Source: Actinomycetes bacterium
GTDB lineage: Bacteria; Actinomycetota; Actinomycetes; Nanopelagicales; Nanopelagicaceae
Direction: 5' to 3'
Assembly: GCA_037142435.1 (NCBI GenBank)
Contig: JBAXAO010000002.1
Coordinates: 730 to 64,729 of the forward strand
DNA length: 64,000 bases
Below are positions 18,249 through 28,433 of this stretch, piece by piece. Under the pieces are notes generated by a model. That model made no database searches. It had not been told where the DNA came from and saw nothing but the letters and a program-made list of their open reading frames with translations. The translations under genes and the position numbers were made by a program. The number at the start of each line of letters is the position of its first letter. The first letter of the stretch is position 1.

Positions 18249-18524
18249 ATGTCAGAAATTCGCCCCTTGGGAATTGAAATTGGACACCCTGGAAGCGGAA
18301 CTGGAGATCCTTCTTGGCAAGAGCATGCGCTCTGTGCCCAGACTGACCCTGAGGCCTTCTTCCCAGAAAAAGGCGGATCTACGCGTGAGGCTAAGCGCGT
18401 TTGCCTCTCTTGTGATGTTCGCTCCGAGTGCCTGGAATATGCCCTCGCTCATGACGAGCGTTTTGGAATTTGGGGTGGACTTTCCGAGCGCGAACGCCGC
18501 CGCCTGAAGCGTCGTTCTGCCTAA
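18249..18524 (+). CDS. whiB2: WhiB-family Fe-S transcription factor (WhiB2/WhmD-like)
   Basis: Four Cys in CAQTDPEAFFPEKGGS...CLSCDVRSEC, then the GIWGG turn and a basic tail. AGGAG lies 8 nt before ATG 18249. Confidence 0.85.
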   Translation: MSEIRPLGIEIGHPGSGTGDPSWQEHALCAQTDPEAFFPEKGGSTREAKRVCLSCDVRSECLEYALAHDERFGIWGGLSERERRRLKRRSA

Positions 18525-18613
18525 TCTTCTCTATGTAGTCTTATCCGCGAAGAAGAGCTAAATCCAAGACGCCCGCGATTCGGCGCGAGAGTTGAAGTGG
18601 GTGAACCATCGCG

Positions 18614-21600
18614 ATGACTGACAAATTTTTTGTAACGGCCATCGTCGTCTCTCATGATGGAGCCACTTGGATTCCTGAAGTTATCGCAGCTTTAACAAAT
18701 CAAAGCCGATCAGTTGATCGCATTCTTGCCGTAGATACCGGCTCAACCGATTCCTCAGTCACCTTTCTCTCCAAAGCCGGAATCTCCGTTCTTCCGGTGG
18801 CGCGTGATATCGGTTTCGGCGGCGCGATCGATCGCGCTTTAGCCGAGCACCCTCCCATTTCCCTAGATCCAGCATTTGCTAAAGGCAACCTTGGAGTCGA
18901 AAAGGAAGAGTGGCTCTGGTTCATTCACGATGATTGTGCGCCTAGTTTGGATGCGTTGGAAAAGTTATTGGAAGCTGTAGAAGAGCGTCCTAACGTCGCC
19001 CTCGCTGGGCCGAAATTGCGTGGCTGGTATGACCGAAACCATCTTCTTGAAATTGGCATAAGCATTGCTGGCAATGGTTCAAGGTGGACGGGACTAGAGC
19101 GCCGTGAACAAGATCAAGGTCAGCACGATGGCCTCAACAACGAGGTGCTCTCAGTTAGTACCGCCGCCATGTTGGCCAAGAGATCTGTCTTTGAAGATAT
19201 CGGTGGCTTTGATCCTAATTTGGCTCTCTTTCGTGATGATGTCGATTTGGGTTGGCGAACTCACGTGGCCGGGTTCTCTGCCATATGTGTAAGTGAAGCT
19301 ATCTGCTTCCATGCCGAAGCTTCTGCTTCGGAACGGAGGGCCGTAGATGTATCTGAAGCTTTTCTGCATCGGCCACTACTTCTCGATCGTAGAAATGCTG
19401 CGTACGTATTGCTCGCTAATTCATCGTGGTGGACCCTGCCTTGGATCTCCGTTCAACTAGTGATCTCCGCTGGCATACGTGCCTTGTACAACTTACTGGC
19501 AAAACTTCCGGGCTATGCAGCCGATGAACTAGCCGCAGTTGTCTTGCTCTTAATTAAGCCGGCCGATCTCATTCAAGCTCGTAAAGAACGCAAGAGTCAC
19601 CGAATGCTTTCCCCTCGGGTCGTAACTCGTTTTATTCCGCCGCGCAGTAGTCAATTTCGTTCCACACGCGAACGAATCGCCGCTCGATTCCTACGCGGTT
19701 TGGGGCGTGAATCCTTTGCTCAAGAAGGTGCGATAACGCAAAGTTATTCAGATTTGGATCTCGTCGACGAGAGCCTTGAGGACCTTGAATCGTTACCGTT
19801 TATTCGGCCATCGATATGGAAGAGCATTGGGTCGCATCCACTTTTTCTTTCGCTATTTTTCATCACTCTCATTTCCACAATCGCATCTCGGGGTCGGTTC
19901 GGACCGTTGTCTGGAGGTTCGCTTCCGGCCTCGCCTACGGGCGCTATGGATTTGATTCGCAACTACTTAGAATCTTGGCATCAGGTTGGTTTGGGTTCAG
20001 CTGTCGCTTCTCCGCCGTGGCTGCTCGTCATCGGTTTGGGTTCGCTTCTTACTTTTGGAAGTGCGACTGCATTTATTACAACTCTTTTTTGGTTAACGCC
20101 GCCGCTCGCCATGTTTATCGCGTATCGAGCATTTAAGCGTTTGCGCGTTCAGACGCGCACCGCTCTCGTGGGCGGCGTTTTATACGCCCTTTCCCCAGTC
20201 GTTTGGGCTGCTATTAATCAGGGTCGGCTAGGCACGATCGTGATTGTGCTTCTTGCCCCCATTCTCATCTCCGTTGTTCCTAGGTCGGTCGAACTAGACG
20301 GCGTCTCTTGGCGAAAGATTTATGCCGTGGCGCTTTTGGCGGGCGCAATATCTGCGGCCTCAGCGCTCTTCTTGGTGTTATGGACCTTAGGTTGCGGTCT
20401 ATTTCTCTCTACCTCGTTATGGAATCTCAAGGCCCGATCTCATGAAGGAACTTTTCTAGCCAAAATTGCTTCTTGGCTGACTACTTCAGTGAAACGCCGG
20501 ATCGCCCTGATGGTGATACCTAGTTTTCTCACCTTTCCGTGGTCTGCATCTTTGCTGTTGCACCCCACCCAATTCCTTATGGAGCCTGGCATCCCCATGG
20601 ATTCGGCAATGAGGTGGTCGCTTCTTCTCATGAATCCTGGTGGCAAAAGTGGTATGCCTATCTGGTTGATTGCTCCCGGGATAGTCTTTTTATTGGTCTC
20701 GTTACTGAGTGAGTCCAATCGCAATTGGGCGATTGCTAGCTCCATTTTCTTAGCACTTTCGTTGGTATTCGGCTCACTGGTAATTCAGGCGCACGGCTCG
20801 GTTTCAAATGTTTGGACGGGGTCACTTCTTCTTTTTGCACAATTCTGCGCATTTATTCCTGTGCTTCGCTCGGCCGATAAATTATTGCCCAATTTGCGAT
20901 CATCGCAATTTGGACTAGGACACATCACCGTTGCCATAGTTACTGCTTTTTGTGTTCTCTCCTCAGCAGCCAGTGTTGTTTGGATCGTTTCTCTTGGTGC
21001 GAATTCGAATGTTCGAGCTAACCGCACTTCTGTAATTCCGGCATTCGTGGAATCTCTGGCACAGACAGATGCCAAGCCGAAAACATTAGTTGTCCGCAAA
21101 AACGGTAATCAGATTCAATACTTTATCTCCCGCGGCACTGACTTAATCTTGGGGGAGCCCGACGTATCTGTTCCACCATCGCTTGAAGTTCAAGCAGCCA
21201 TTCGCGATCTGTTAGGTGGCACTGGGCTGACATCAAGCAAGCAAATCGGCGAAAACGGTATTCAGTACTTGTATATGCAAATTCCACTCGATGAAGTTCT
21301 CGTCAGAGCTATCGATGGTCAAGGTGGATTCACACGTACTTCATCAACCAAAGAAGGAATTGTGTGGAAAGTTGTTGGCAGTTCTCCTCGAGTTCTCTTC
21401 ACTGATTCACATGGAGTGAAGAAAATGCTGGTGTCCGGTGACATTGGTGCTGTAGATAAGGTGCCTGCCGCAGGCACCGTTACGTTGGCCGAAAAATATG
21501 ATTCTCGTTGGCGCCTGATCCATAATGGAATTTCGATTCCACTCTTGAGATCCACATCGGGCTTGCCGCTATTTTCGGTGCCTGGACCAGGTGACATAAC

Positions 21601-21730
21601 CATTTTGCACGACGGAACTTCACGCCGAGCTCTTCTATCGGTGCAGTTACTAGTGCTTTTAACAGTCGTGGTTCTAGCTCTTCCTGCCGGCCGGAGACGG
21701 CGTGAAGTTCCGATCGAGGAAATCGCATGA
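18614..21730 (+). CDS. family 2 glycosyltransferase fused to a large polytopic membrane domain
   Basis: N-terminal GT2 fold (VTAIVVSHDGATW...AVDTGSTDSS, FIHDDC as the DxD motif), followed by about 15 or more hydrophobic helices over roughly 700 aa. Confidence 0.8.
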   Translation: MTDKFFVTAIVVSHDGATWIPEVIAALTNQSRSVDRILAVDTGSTDSSVTFLSKAGISVLPVARDIGFGGAIDRALAEHPPISLDPAFAKGNLGVEKEEWLWFIHDDCAPSLDALEKLLEAVEERPNVALAGPKLRGWYDRNHLLEIGISIAGNGSRWTGLERREQDQGQHDGLNNEVLSVSTAAMLAKRSVFEDIGGFDPNLALFRDDVDLGWRTHVAGFSAICVSEAICFHAEASASERRAVDVSEAFLHRPLLLDRRNAAYVLLANSSWWTLPWISVQLVISAGIRALYNLLAKLPGYAADELAAVVLLLIKPADLIQARKERKSHRMLSPRVVTRFIPPRSSQFRSTRERIAARFLRGLGRESFAQEGAITQSYSDLDLVDESLEDLESLPFIRPSIWKSIGSHPLFLSLFFITLISTIASRGRFGPLSGGSLPASPTGAMDLIRNYLESWHQVGLGSAVASPPWLLVIGLGSLLTFGSATAFITTLFWLTPPLAMFIAYRAFKRLRVQTRTALVGGVLYALSPVVWAAINQGRLGTIVIVLLAPILISVVPRSVELDGVSWRKIYAVALLAGAISAASALFLVLWTLGCGLFLSTSLWNLKARSHEGTFLAKIASWLTTSVKRRIALMVIPSFLTFPWSASLLLHPTQFLMEPGIPMDSAMRWSLLLMNPGGKSGMPIWLIAPGIVFLLVSLLSESNRNWAIASSIFLALSLVFGSLVIQAHGSVSNVWTGSLLLFAQFCAFIPVLRSADKLLPNLRSSQFGLGHITVAIVTAFCVLSSAASVVWIVSLGANSNVRANRTSVIPAFVESLAQTDAKPKTLVVRKNGNQIQYFISRGTDLILGEPDVSVPPSLEVQAAIRDLLGGTGLTSSKQIGENGIQYLYMQIPLDEVLVRAIDGQGGFTRTSSTKEGIVWKVVGSSPRVLFTDSHGVKKMLVSGDIGAVDKVPAAGTVTLAEKYDSRWRLIHNGISIPLLRSTSGLPLFSVPGPGDITILHDGTSRRALLSVQLLVLLTVVVLALPAGRRRREVPIEEIA

Positions 21731-23043
21731 GAAATTCCAAGGTTTTCTTTGTCCTAGTTCTCCTGGCCTCTGCTCTCGGAATGACTTTCATTGCGCCGCA
21801 TGTTGAGAAGCGAATTGCCACTACTCAAGCTTTTCCAGCCACTGTTTGCCCAGGTTTTTCATCCGATGGCAACACCAAGGCACTTCTTTCTGGTTCGGGG
21901 GCTCGAATACATTTGATTTCTCCTAAATCTCTTACTTTTAAGAATTCGGGAGTTCGTAATTATTCATTGACTCAAGATGCATTACTCGTTGACGGTAATC
22001 CAACAACCTCCGTTGGTATTACTTATTCAAGTGGTAAATGGTTGGGCAGCACTCTATGCAACGTGGGAACAGGTAACCAATGGTTTCTTGGTGGATCTGG
22101 CTCGGTTGCCAGCAAAGGCAAACTGGATTTGGTTAATAGCGGCTTGAGTGATGCTTCGGTGGAACTCACTGTTTTTTCAGCTCACCTCGCCCCGATAACC
22201 TCCACGGTTATTGTGAAAGCAAATTCGGATCGCATCCTTCTGTTGGATGCGCTGGCACCAGGTGAAGGTTCAATCGCCGTTCATGTCTTGACTCGATCAG
22301 GTCGCGTAACTTCTTTTATGCTGGATCAGCAACAGAAAGGTCTTTCCTCGTTGGGTTTGGATTACGTTAACTCTTATCCAGAACCAAGCACGTCAGTTGT
22401 GATTCCGGGTTTGGCATACACGGCAGGTAAGGGTAATTCACTCAGCCACTTTCTCCGCCTTTTGGCTCCTGGTGACCTTGACGCAACCATTAAAGTGACG
22501 ATTCATTCAACAGAGGGCGATTTCACACCCGTTGGGTTTGACGGTAGAACTTTGGCACACGGCAAGGTTTATGACCTGCCGCTAACAAATATTTCTGAGG
22601 CACATCCCTTCTCAGTTGAAGTTTCCTCCGACCAACCCGTCTTGGCATCAGCCCAAAGTTCGATTTTGGTCACAGGAAAACATGAATTCGCTTGGGCGAC
22701 AGCTGCTACCAAATTGCGCCACGTCACCTTAAACCTCGGAGGACTTTCACCTGCTTTTGTTTTTTCCGGGGATCAAATAAAAGTAAATATTCAATGGATA
22801 AGCGATACCGGAAAGCGGGGAAGCGTTAACGTCACCGGTGACCAAATCACCTATTGGAGACCCACCCAAAACTTAATCCGAGCAACGCTGACTACTTCAG
22901 ATGCCGCCACTTATGCCAATCTGATTTTCCTGACGGCTAATTCTTCACAATTGGGTTTTAGTTACTTGCCCATCATGCCCGGCGCCAGCCTTGAAACATC
23001 GACTCTTCCCATTATGGATGCCCGCGTAATCTCTCGTGAGTAA
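21727..23043 (+). CDS. conserved hypothetical secreted/anchored protein (DUF5719-like, recalled)
   Basis: N-terminal signal anchor (KVFFVLVLLASALGMTFIA), beta-rich and Ser/Thr/Gly-rich body. ATGA overlap with the GT2 gene. Confidence 0.5.
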   Translation: MRNSKVFFVLVLLASALGMTFIAPHVEKRIATTQAFPATVCPGFSSDGNTKALLSGSGARIHLISPKSLTFKNSGVRNYSLTQDALLVDGNPTTSVGITYSSGKWLGSTLCNVGTGNQWFLGGSGSVASKGKLDLVNSGLSDASVELTVFSAHLAPITSTVIVKANSDRILLLDALAPGEGSIAVHVLTRSGRVTSFMLDQQQKGLSSLGLDYVNSYPEPSTSVVIPGLAYTAGKGNSLSHFLRLLAPGDLDATIKVTIHSTEGDFTPVGFDGRTLAHGKVYDLPLTNISEAHPFSVEVSSDQPVLASAQSSILVTGKHEFAWATAATKLRHVTLNLGGLSPAFVFSGDQIKVNIQWISDTGKRGSVNVTGDQITYWRPTQNLIRATLTTSDAATYANLIFLTANSSQLGFSYLPIMPGASLETSTLPIMDARVISRE

Positions 23044-23082
23044 ATCCCTCGTTTTTCACCTCATAGCCACTAATCTGCCAAT

Positions 23083-23451
23083 ATGAGGAATAGCCATCCA
23101 CGCACCGGGAGAGCCTGCTCTCGATCGGGCTGCCGGAATCTGGCTAGCAAGACCCTCACCTACATTTATTCAGATTCCACCGCTGTTTTGGGCCCGTTGG
23201 CAACGTTTGCTGAACCACATGCCTACGATCTTTGTGAAGACCACGCGGTTCGGATGACCGCTCCGCAAGGCTGGACCGTCATTCGCCAAGAAGCAAGTGA
23301 AGACCTCGTTGGCCCGAGTGATGACGATTTGATGGCTATTGCTGATGCCGTTCGCGAGGCTGGCGTGCAAATCTCACCTACACCCAGCAACGCCGTTACT
23401 GGGCATGAGATCGGTCGTCGTGGCCATTTAAGGGCTATTCCCTCAAATTAA
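23083..23451 (+). CDS. DUF3499-family protein (Rv3258c-like)
   Basis: CSRSGCRN...AVLGPLATFAEPHAYDLCEDHA pattern, located between the whiB2 region and phosphomannomutase. Confidence 0.65.
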   Translation: MRNSHPRTGRACSRSGCRNLASKTLTYIYSDSTAVLGPLATFAEPHAYDLCEDHAVRMTAPQGWTVIRQEASEDLVGPSDDDLMAIADAVREAGVQISPTPSNAVTGHEIGRRGHLRAIPSN

Positions 23452-23473
23452 TAAATCGCGATAGATTGCTGAA

Positions 23474-24853
23474 ATGTTTACAGACGTAGCGCTCGACAAG
23501 ATTATTAAGGCCTATGACATACGGGGCTTAGTCGATTCTCAACTCACCCCTGATTTTGCCTTCGCTCTTGGCTCGGCCTTTGCCCGCTTCCTCGAAGAGG
23601 AGCGTGAACCTTCAACTATTGTTATTGGTGAAGATATGCGCCCGTCTTCCCCTCTCCTAGCCACCGCTTTTGCAGATGGCGCGACTACTCAAGGTATGGA
23701 TGTAATCCGGATCGGGTTGGCCTCCACTGACATGCTCTATTTTGCCGCTGGACAACTCAATCTTCCCGGTGCCATGTTCACTGCCAGCCACAACCCTGCC
23801 GAATACAACGGCATGAAACTTTGCAAGAGTGGAGCCCGACCAATTGGTCTGGAATCCGGGTTAGCTCGGATCAAGAGCCTGTTGGTAGCTGGCGTCCCCA
23901 TCTCCAACCGTCCCATTGGTCAAATAACCGAACGCGATATGTTGGATGATTACGTCACTTTCCTTTTAGGAATGTTTCCAGAAATCAAGGATCAACCGCT
24001 TCGGAAGTTGAAAGTGGTTATTGATGCTGGAAATGGCATGGCAGGCCATACCGCTTCTGCCGTCATGGCCCGGCTCAATGTTGACGTTGTTCCCATGTAT
24101 TTCGAACTTGATGGCACTTTTCCCAATCATGAAGCGAATCCTCTCGATCCCAAGAACATGGTCGATCTACAGGACCGAGTGCTCAAAGAAAAAGCTGATA
24201 TTGGATTAGCTTTTGATGGCGATGCCGATCGCTGTTTTCTGGTCGATGAGAAAGGGCACCTAGTAAATCCTTCTGCGTTGACTTGCCTCATCGCCACACG
24301 TGAACTGAAAAGAAAACCTGGCTCAGCGATTATCTATAACTTGATCTCTTCTAAATCAGTACGTGAAGTTGTCACTGAAAATGGTGGCACTGCCATTCGA
24401 TCCAGAGTGGGTCATTCGTATATTAAGAAAATGATGGCTGAATCTGGTGCGGTATTTGGCGGCGAACATTCTGGGCACTTTTATTTTTCTGACTTTTGGC
24501 GCGCAGATTCTGGGATGCTGGCAGCTCTCTTTGCATTGACTGAACTGGCCGCACATAAACAACCTCTCTCAAAGTTGTTTGCACCTTTCAATCGCTATAT
24601 TTCCAGCGGCGAAATCAATACTGAAGTAGCCGATATCCCTTCAGCCCTGGCTCGGATTACCGCCGCCTACGGTAAGAAGTACCCCATTGACGATCTCGAT
24701 GGGCTGACGGTCGAATCCGATACCTGGTGGTTCAACGTAAGAGCCTCCAATACTGAGCCATTGCTGCGGTTAAACGTGGAGGCAAAGACGCCTAAAAAGA
24801 TGTCGGAAGTCCAAGCAGCCGCAATTGCGGTAATCTCTGACGTCTCTCAATAA
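23474..24853 (+). CDS. phosphomannomutase/phosphoglucomutase
   Basis: TASHNPAEYNG active-site Ser loop, FDGDADR metal loop, GEHSGH sugar-binding loop. Confidence 0.9.
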   Translation: MFTDVALDKIIKAYDIRGLVDSQLTPDFAFALGSAFARFLEEEREPSTIVIGEDMRPSSPLLATAFADGATTQGMDVIRIGLASTDMLYFAAGQLNLPGAMFTASHNPAEYNGMKLCKSGARPIGLESGLARIKSLLVAGVPISNRPIGQITERDMLDDYVTFLLGMFPEIKDQPLRKLKVVIDAGNGMAGHTASAVMARLNVDVVPMYFELDGTFPNHEANPLDPKNMVDLQDRVLKEKADIGLAFDGDADRCFLVDEKGHLVNPSALTCLIATRELKRKPGSAIIYNLISSKSVREVVTENGGTAIRSRVGHSYIKKMMAESGAVFGGEHSGHFYFSDFWRADSGMLAALFALTELAAHKQPLSKLFAPFNRYISSGEINTEVADIPSALARITAAYGKKYPIDDLDGLTVESDTWWFNVRASNTEPLLRLNVEAKTPKKMSEVQAAAIAVISDVSQ

Positions 24854-24877
24854 ACTCGAATGTAATAGGAGTCTTAC

Positions 24878-26155
24878 GTGACTGTTCAAACCGCCACGAA
24901 TTTCGATGTAGCAAACCCCAGCTTGGCCGCCGAAGGAAAAAAGCGGATTGAATGGGCTGAGCGCAATATGCCGGTCTTGGCACAGATTCGTGCTCGATTT
25001 GAAAAGGAACAACCTTTTGTTGGTATTCGTATTGCAGCCTGCATGCATGTCACTACCGAGACGGCCAACCTCATGCGCGCATTAAAAGCCGGTGGAGCCG
25101 AGCTTGCGCTCTGCGCATCAAATCCGTTATCGACTCAAGATGACACTGCCGCTGCTCTTGTCTCCGAATTTGGAATCAGCGTTTTCGCTCGCAACGCAGT
25201 TGACCGCGATGGCTATTACCGCCACATCAATGCTGCACTCGATATTAAGCCTCACTTGGTTTTCGACGATGGCTGCGACTTGGTAAATACCTTGCATACC
25301 ACTCGTACTGAATTAATCGATGGCATCATCGGCGGCTGCGAAGAAACCACCACCGGAGTCATTCGATTGAGCCAGATGACCAAAGATGGCGCTCTTAAGT
25401 TTCCTATGATCGCGGTTAACGACACCGATACAAAGCATATGTTCGATAATCGCTTCGGTACCGGACAGTCAACACTTGATGCAATTTTCCGCTCTACCAA
25501 CTCGCTCATCGCCGGCAAGATATTTGTCGTAGCCGGTTTTGGATATTGCGGCAAAGGTGTGGCCGAACGTGCCAAGGGACTTGGCGCAGATGTCATCGTT
25601 ACTGAAATCGATCCCACTAAGGCGCTCGATGCCATGATGCAGGGATATCGCGTCATGCCTATGACAGAAGCTGCCGCGCTTGGCGACTTCTTTGTAACTG
25701 TCACCGGCAATCGCGATGTACTTCGCGAAGAACATTTTGCGGTCATGAAGGATGGCGCCATCTTGGCTAACGCTGGTCACTTCGATATTGAGATCGATGT
25801 TGCTTGGCTAGAGCAAAATGCCGCTGAAAAGCACAACAAGATTCGCCACCAAACCGATGAATATCAACTAGCCGATGGCCGCCGCATTTTGCTTTTGGCC
25901 GAAGGTCGTTTAGTAAACCTAGGCGCCGCTGAAGGACACCCGGCCTCTGTTATGGATATGTCTTTCTCGGATCAAGCGCTGACCGCAGAATGGCTGCTCA
26001 AGATGGCCAGTCAGCTTTCGGCCGGCCTGCACAACGTTCCTACTGAAATCGATAAGGAAGTTGCCAGGCTTAAGCTGGAAAGCATGGGCGGAAAGATCGA
26101 CAAGCTCACTGCCGCTCAGGACTTGTATTTGAACTCTTGGGAGCACGGTAGCTAA
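24878..26155 (+). CDS. ahcY: adenosylhomocysteinase (short form, no insertion segment)
   Basis: Reads through canonical AhcY segments (SNPLSTQDD, CEETTTGV, GFGYCGKGVA NAD loop, GHFDIEID). GTG start with AGGAG upstream. Confidence 0.95.
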   Translation: MTVQTATNFDVANPSLAAEGKKRIEWAERNMPVLAQIRARFEKEQPFVGIRIAACMHVTTETANLMRALKAGGAELALCASNPLSTQDDTAAALVSEFGISVFARNAVDRDGYYRHINAALDIKPHLVFDDGCDLVNTLHTTRTELIDGIIGGCEETTTGVIRLSQMTKDGALKFPMIAVNDTDTKHMFDNRFGTGQSTLDAIFRSTNSLIAGKIFVVAGFGYCGKGVAERAKGLGADVIVTEIDPTKALDAMMQGYRVMPMTEAAALGDFFVTVTGNRDVLREEHFAVMKDGAILANAGHFDIEIDVAWLEQNAAEKHNKIRHQTDEYQLADGRRILLLAEGRLVNLGAAEGHPASVMDMSFSDQALTAEWLLKMASQLSAGLHNVPTEIDKEVARLKLESMGGKIDKLTAAQDLYLNSWEHGS

Positions 26156-26844
26156 TGACCCTGATCATGGTCGTTGATGACGACCAAGATTTGGCAGAAA
26201 TGTTAGGCATCGTTCTTAACGGTGCCGGGTTTGAAGTGGATTTGGTAAGTCGCGGTGATGAGGTCATGGATCTCTTTCGCGCTCAAACTCCAGATTTAGT
26301 TCTTTTAGATGTGATGCTGCCCGGAATGACTGGCATTGAAGTCTGTCGTGAGATTCGGGCCGAATCCATGGTGCCCATCGTGATGTTGACCGCCAAAGGT
26401 GATACTCACGATGTTGTTCTTGGTTTGGAAGCTGGCGCCGATGATTACATGGTTAAACCTTTCAACCCGTCAGAACTCGTGGCACGAATCAAAACCCGAT
26501 TGCGGCGTCAGATCTCCGAGAGTGCCGGCGGGCTAAAGATCGGCGACATCGCGATCGATCAATTGGCGCATTCCATCATGCGCGAAGGAAAGGTCATCCC
26601 ACTCACTCGTCTGGAATTCGATTTACTCGTAGCTCTTGCAAAAGAACCAGGTCGAGTATTTACGCGCGAAGCTCTCCTCAACGAAGTTTGGGGTTATCGA
26701 CATGCAACGGACACTCGTCTTGTTAACGTTCACGTGCAGCGCTTGCGTTCGAAAGTCGAACAAGATCCAGAAAATCCCGAACTCATTGTCACCGTTCGTG
26801 GCGTTGGTTATAAGGCAGGAGTTCCTGGAACGAAAGAACAATGA
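26155..26844 (+). CDS. mtrA: OmpR-family response regulator MtrA
   Basis: Close to recalled MtrA (DDDQDLAEML, LLDVMLPGMTGIEVCR, VPIVMLTAKGDTHDVVLGLEAGADDYMVKPF) with a winged-helix C-terminus. TAATG overlap with ahcY. Confidence 0.9.
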   Translation: MTLIMVVDDDQDLAEMLGIVLNGAGFEVDLVSRGDEVMDLFRAQTPDLVLLDVMLPGMTGIEVCREIRAESMVPIVMLTAKGDTHDVVLGLEAGADDYMVKPFNPSELVARIKTRLRRQISESAGGLKIGDIAIDQLAHSIMREGKVIPLTRLEFDLLVALAKEPGRVFTREALLNEVWGYRHATDTRLVNVHVQRLRSKVEQDPENPELIVTVRGVGYKAGVPGTKEQ

Positions 26845-28415
26845 GTTCACAGAAACGACCGTGGCGAAACTCGCTGGTATGGCGCGTTACAGGAAACAGC
26901 GTTCTTTTATCTTTGGGCATTATTTGGCTGGTCGGTTCGGCCCTCTTTAGTCAGATCTCAACCGGAATTTTCGAAGAAAAATTATCTAACTCGATTTCCG
27001 ATAGCCAGTCCTCGTTGAGATCTATTCAAGTTCAATTGGCTGTTGCACAATTTCAAAATGATGCCGGTATCAGGAAGATCGTCGACCAAATGATTTCAGT
27101 GGCTTCGATCAGCGGAAATACCGCTGGACGAGAAGTTGCGCTCTTGCATTTCCCAGTCGTTCGTCCAGTGAAAAACAATTATGAAAGAACTTCAAATCTC
27201 CTCTCCACGAAATCAATACCAGAAGCATTTCGCACCAAAGTGAGAACTGCATCTGGATTGCAATGGTCTCGGACAAAGATTGTTTTCTTAGGCGGGGAAA
27301 AGGTAAATGGCATTGCCGTAGGCGGCACGGTCGAGATTCCTAATTCGGGTACTTACGAACTTTATTTCCTCTATGGGCTTACTAGCCAAGAGAACACTTT
27401 AACCCTCATTCGAAACGCCCTGTGGTTCACTGGCTTGGCGCTTATTTTTCTCATCGGACTTGTCACTTGGCTGGTTATTAGGCAGGTCGTCATACCGGTA
27501 CGTGAAGCTGCCGAGATCGCCGAGCAGTTATCAGCAGGTGATCTGGGTCGACGTATGGAAGTTCATGGCGAGAACGAAATTGCTCGCCTGGGAATCTCTT
27601 TCAACGAGATGGCTCTGTCTATGCAACAACAAATCTCACGCCTGGAAAATCTCTCGCGGCTTCAGCAACGTTTCGTTTCGGATGTCTCTCACGAATTGCG
27701 GACTCCGCTCACAACCATCCGGATGGCCTCTGAAGTTATCTACGCTTCTCGGAGCACCTTCAGCACCAAAGTGGCTCGTAGCGCTGAACTATTGATCGCT
27801 CAGATCGATCGCTTTGAACGCCTGCTTGCCGATCTTCTTGAAGTTAGTCGCTTTGACGCCGAAGCAGCCGTAATGGTGATCGAACCCGTGGACATTGTGC
27901 AGTTGCTACGAAGAACTGTGGATTACCTTCACCCCAGCCGCGAGCGCATCATCAACATTATTTCGGATGAAGATTCAATTCTGGTTGATGCGGATACTCG
28001 AAGAATCGAGCGAATCTTTCGCAACCTCATTACAAATGCGATCGATCATTGCGAAGAGAGGCCAGTCGATATCACCATTGTCGAAAGCGATGATGCTGTT
28101 GCCGTTGGAGTTCGCGACTATGGAGTGGGATTCCAAGAAAAGGATTCGCATAGACTTTTCGATCGATTCTGGCGAGCCGATCCCGCCCGCGCACGTGTAC
28201 GAGGTGGAACCGGACTCGGACTTTCGATTGCGTTGGAGGATGCAAAATTGCACCACGGAACACTGGAGGCTTGGGGCCGGCTCCGGCGAGGTGCACATTT
28301 TGTTCTGACCATTCCCAAAGTCGCTGGTATTGAAATGGCTACGCATCCCATCTCGGTTGTTCCCGAGTCCGAGCTCTCCACAATTGTTAACCCTGAGGAT
28401 TCTGAAGAATTGTAA
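26841..28415 (+). CDS. mtrB: sensor histidine kinase MtrB
   Basis: Two TMs flank an extracytoplasmic loop, then a HAMP domain, H-box SHELRTPLTTI and an HATPase (GGTGLGLSI). ATGA overlap with mtrA. Confidence 0.9.
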   Translation: MSSQKRPWRNSLVWRVTGNSVLLSLGIIWLVGSALFSQISTGIFEEKLSNSISDSQSSLRSIQVQLAVAQFQNDAGIRKIVDQMISVASISGNTAGREVALLHFPVVRPVKNNYERTSNLLSTKSIPEAFRTKVRTASGLQWSRTKIVFLGGEKVNGIAVGGTVEIPNSGTYELYFLYGLTSQENTLTLIRNALWFTGLALIFLIGLVTWLVIRQVVIPVREAAEIAEQLSAGDLGRRMEVHGENEIARLGISFNEMALSMQQQISRLENLSRLQQRFVSDVSHELRTPLTTIRMASEVIYASRSTFSTKVARSAELLIAQIDRFERLLADLLEVSRFDAEAAVMVIEPVDIVQLLRRTVDYLHPSRERIINIISDEDSILVDADTRRIERIFRNLITNAIDHCEERPVDITIVESDDAVAVGVRDYGVGFQEKDSHRLFDRFWRADPARARVRGGTGLGLSIALEDAKLHHGTLEAWGRLRRGAHFVLTIPKVAGIEMATHPISVVPESELSTIVNPEDSEEL

Positions 28416-28433
28416 ATTCGCCAGACTGCGCTC

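Noticed and set aside
24854-24877. SAH riboswitch upstream of ahcY, or SAM riboswitches before the Met/Cys PLP genes.
   Set aside because: The spacers are only 24 nt (ahcY), 16 nt (39488-39503) and 10 nt (42206-42215), too short for any riboswitch aptamer.
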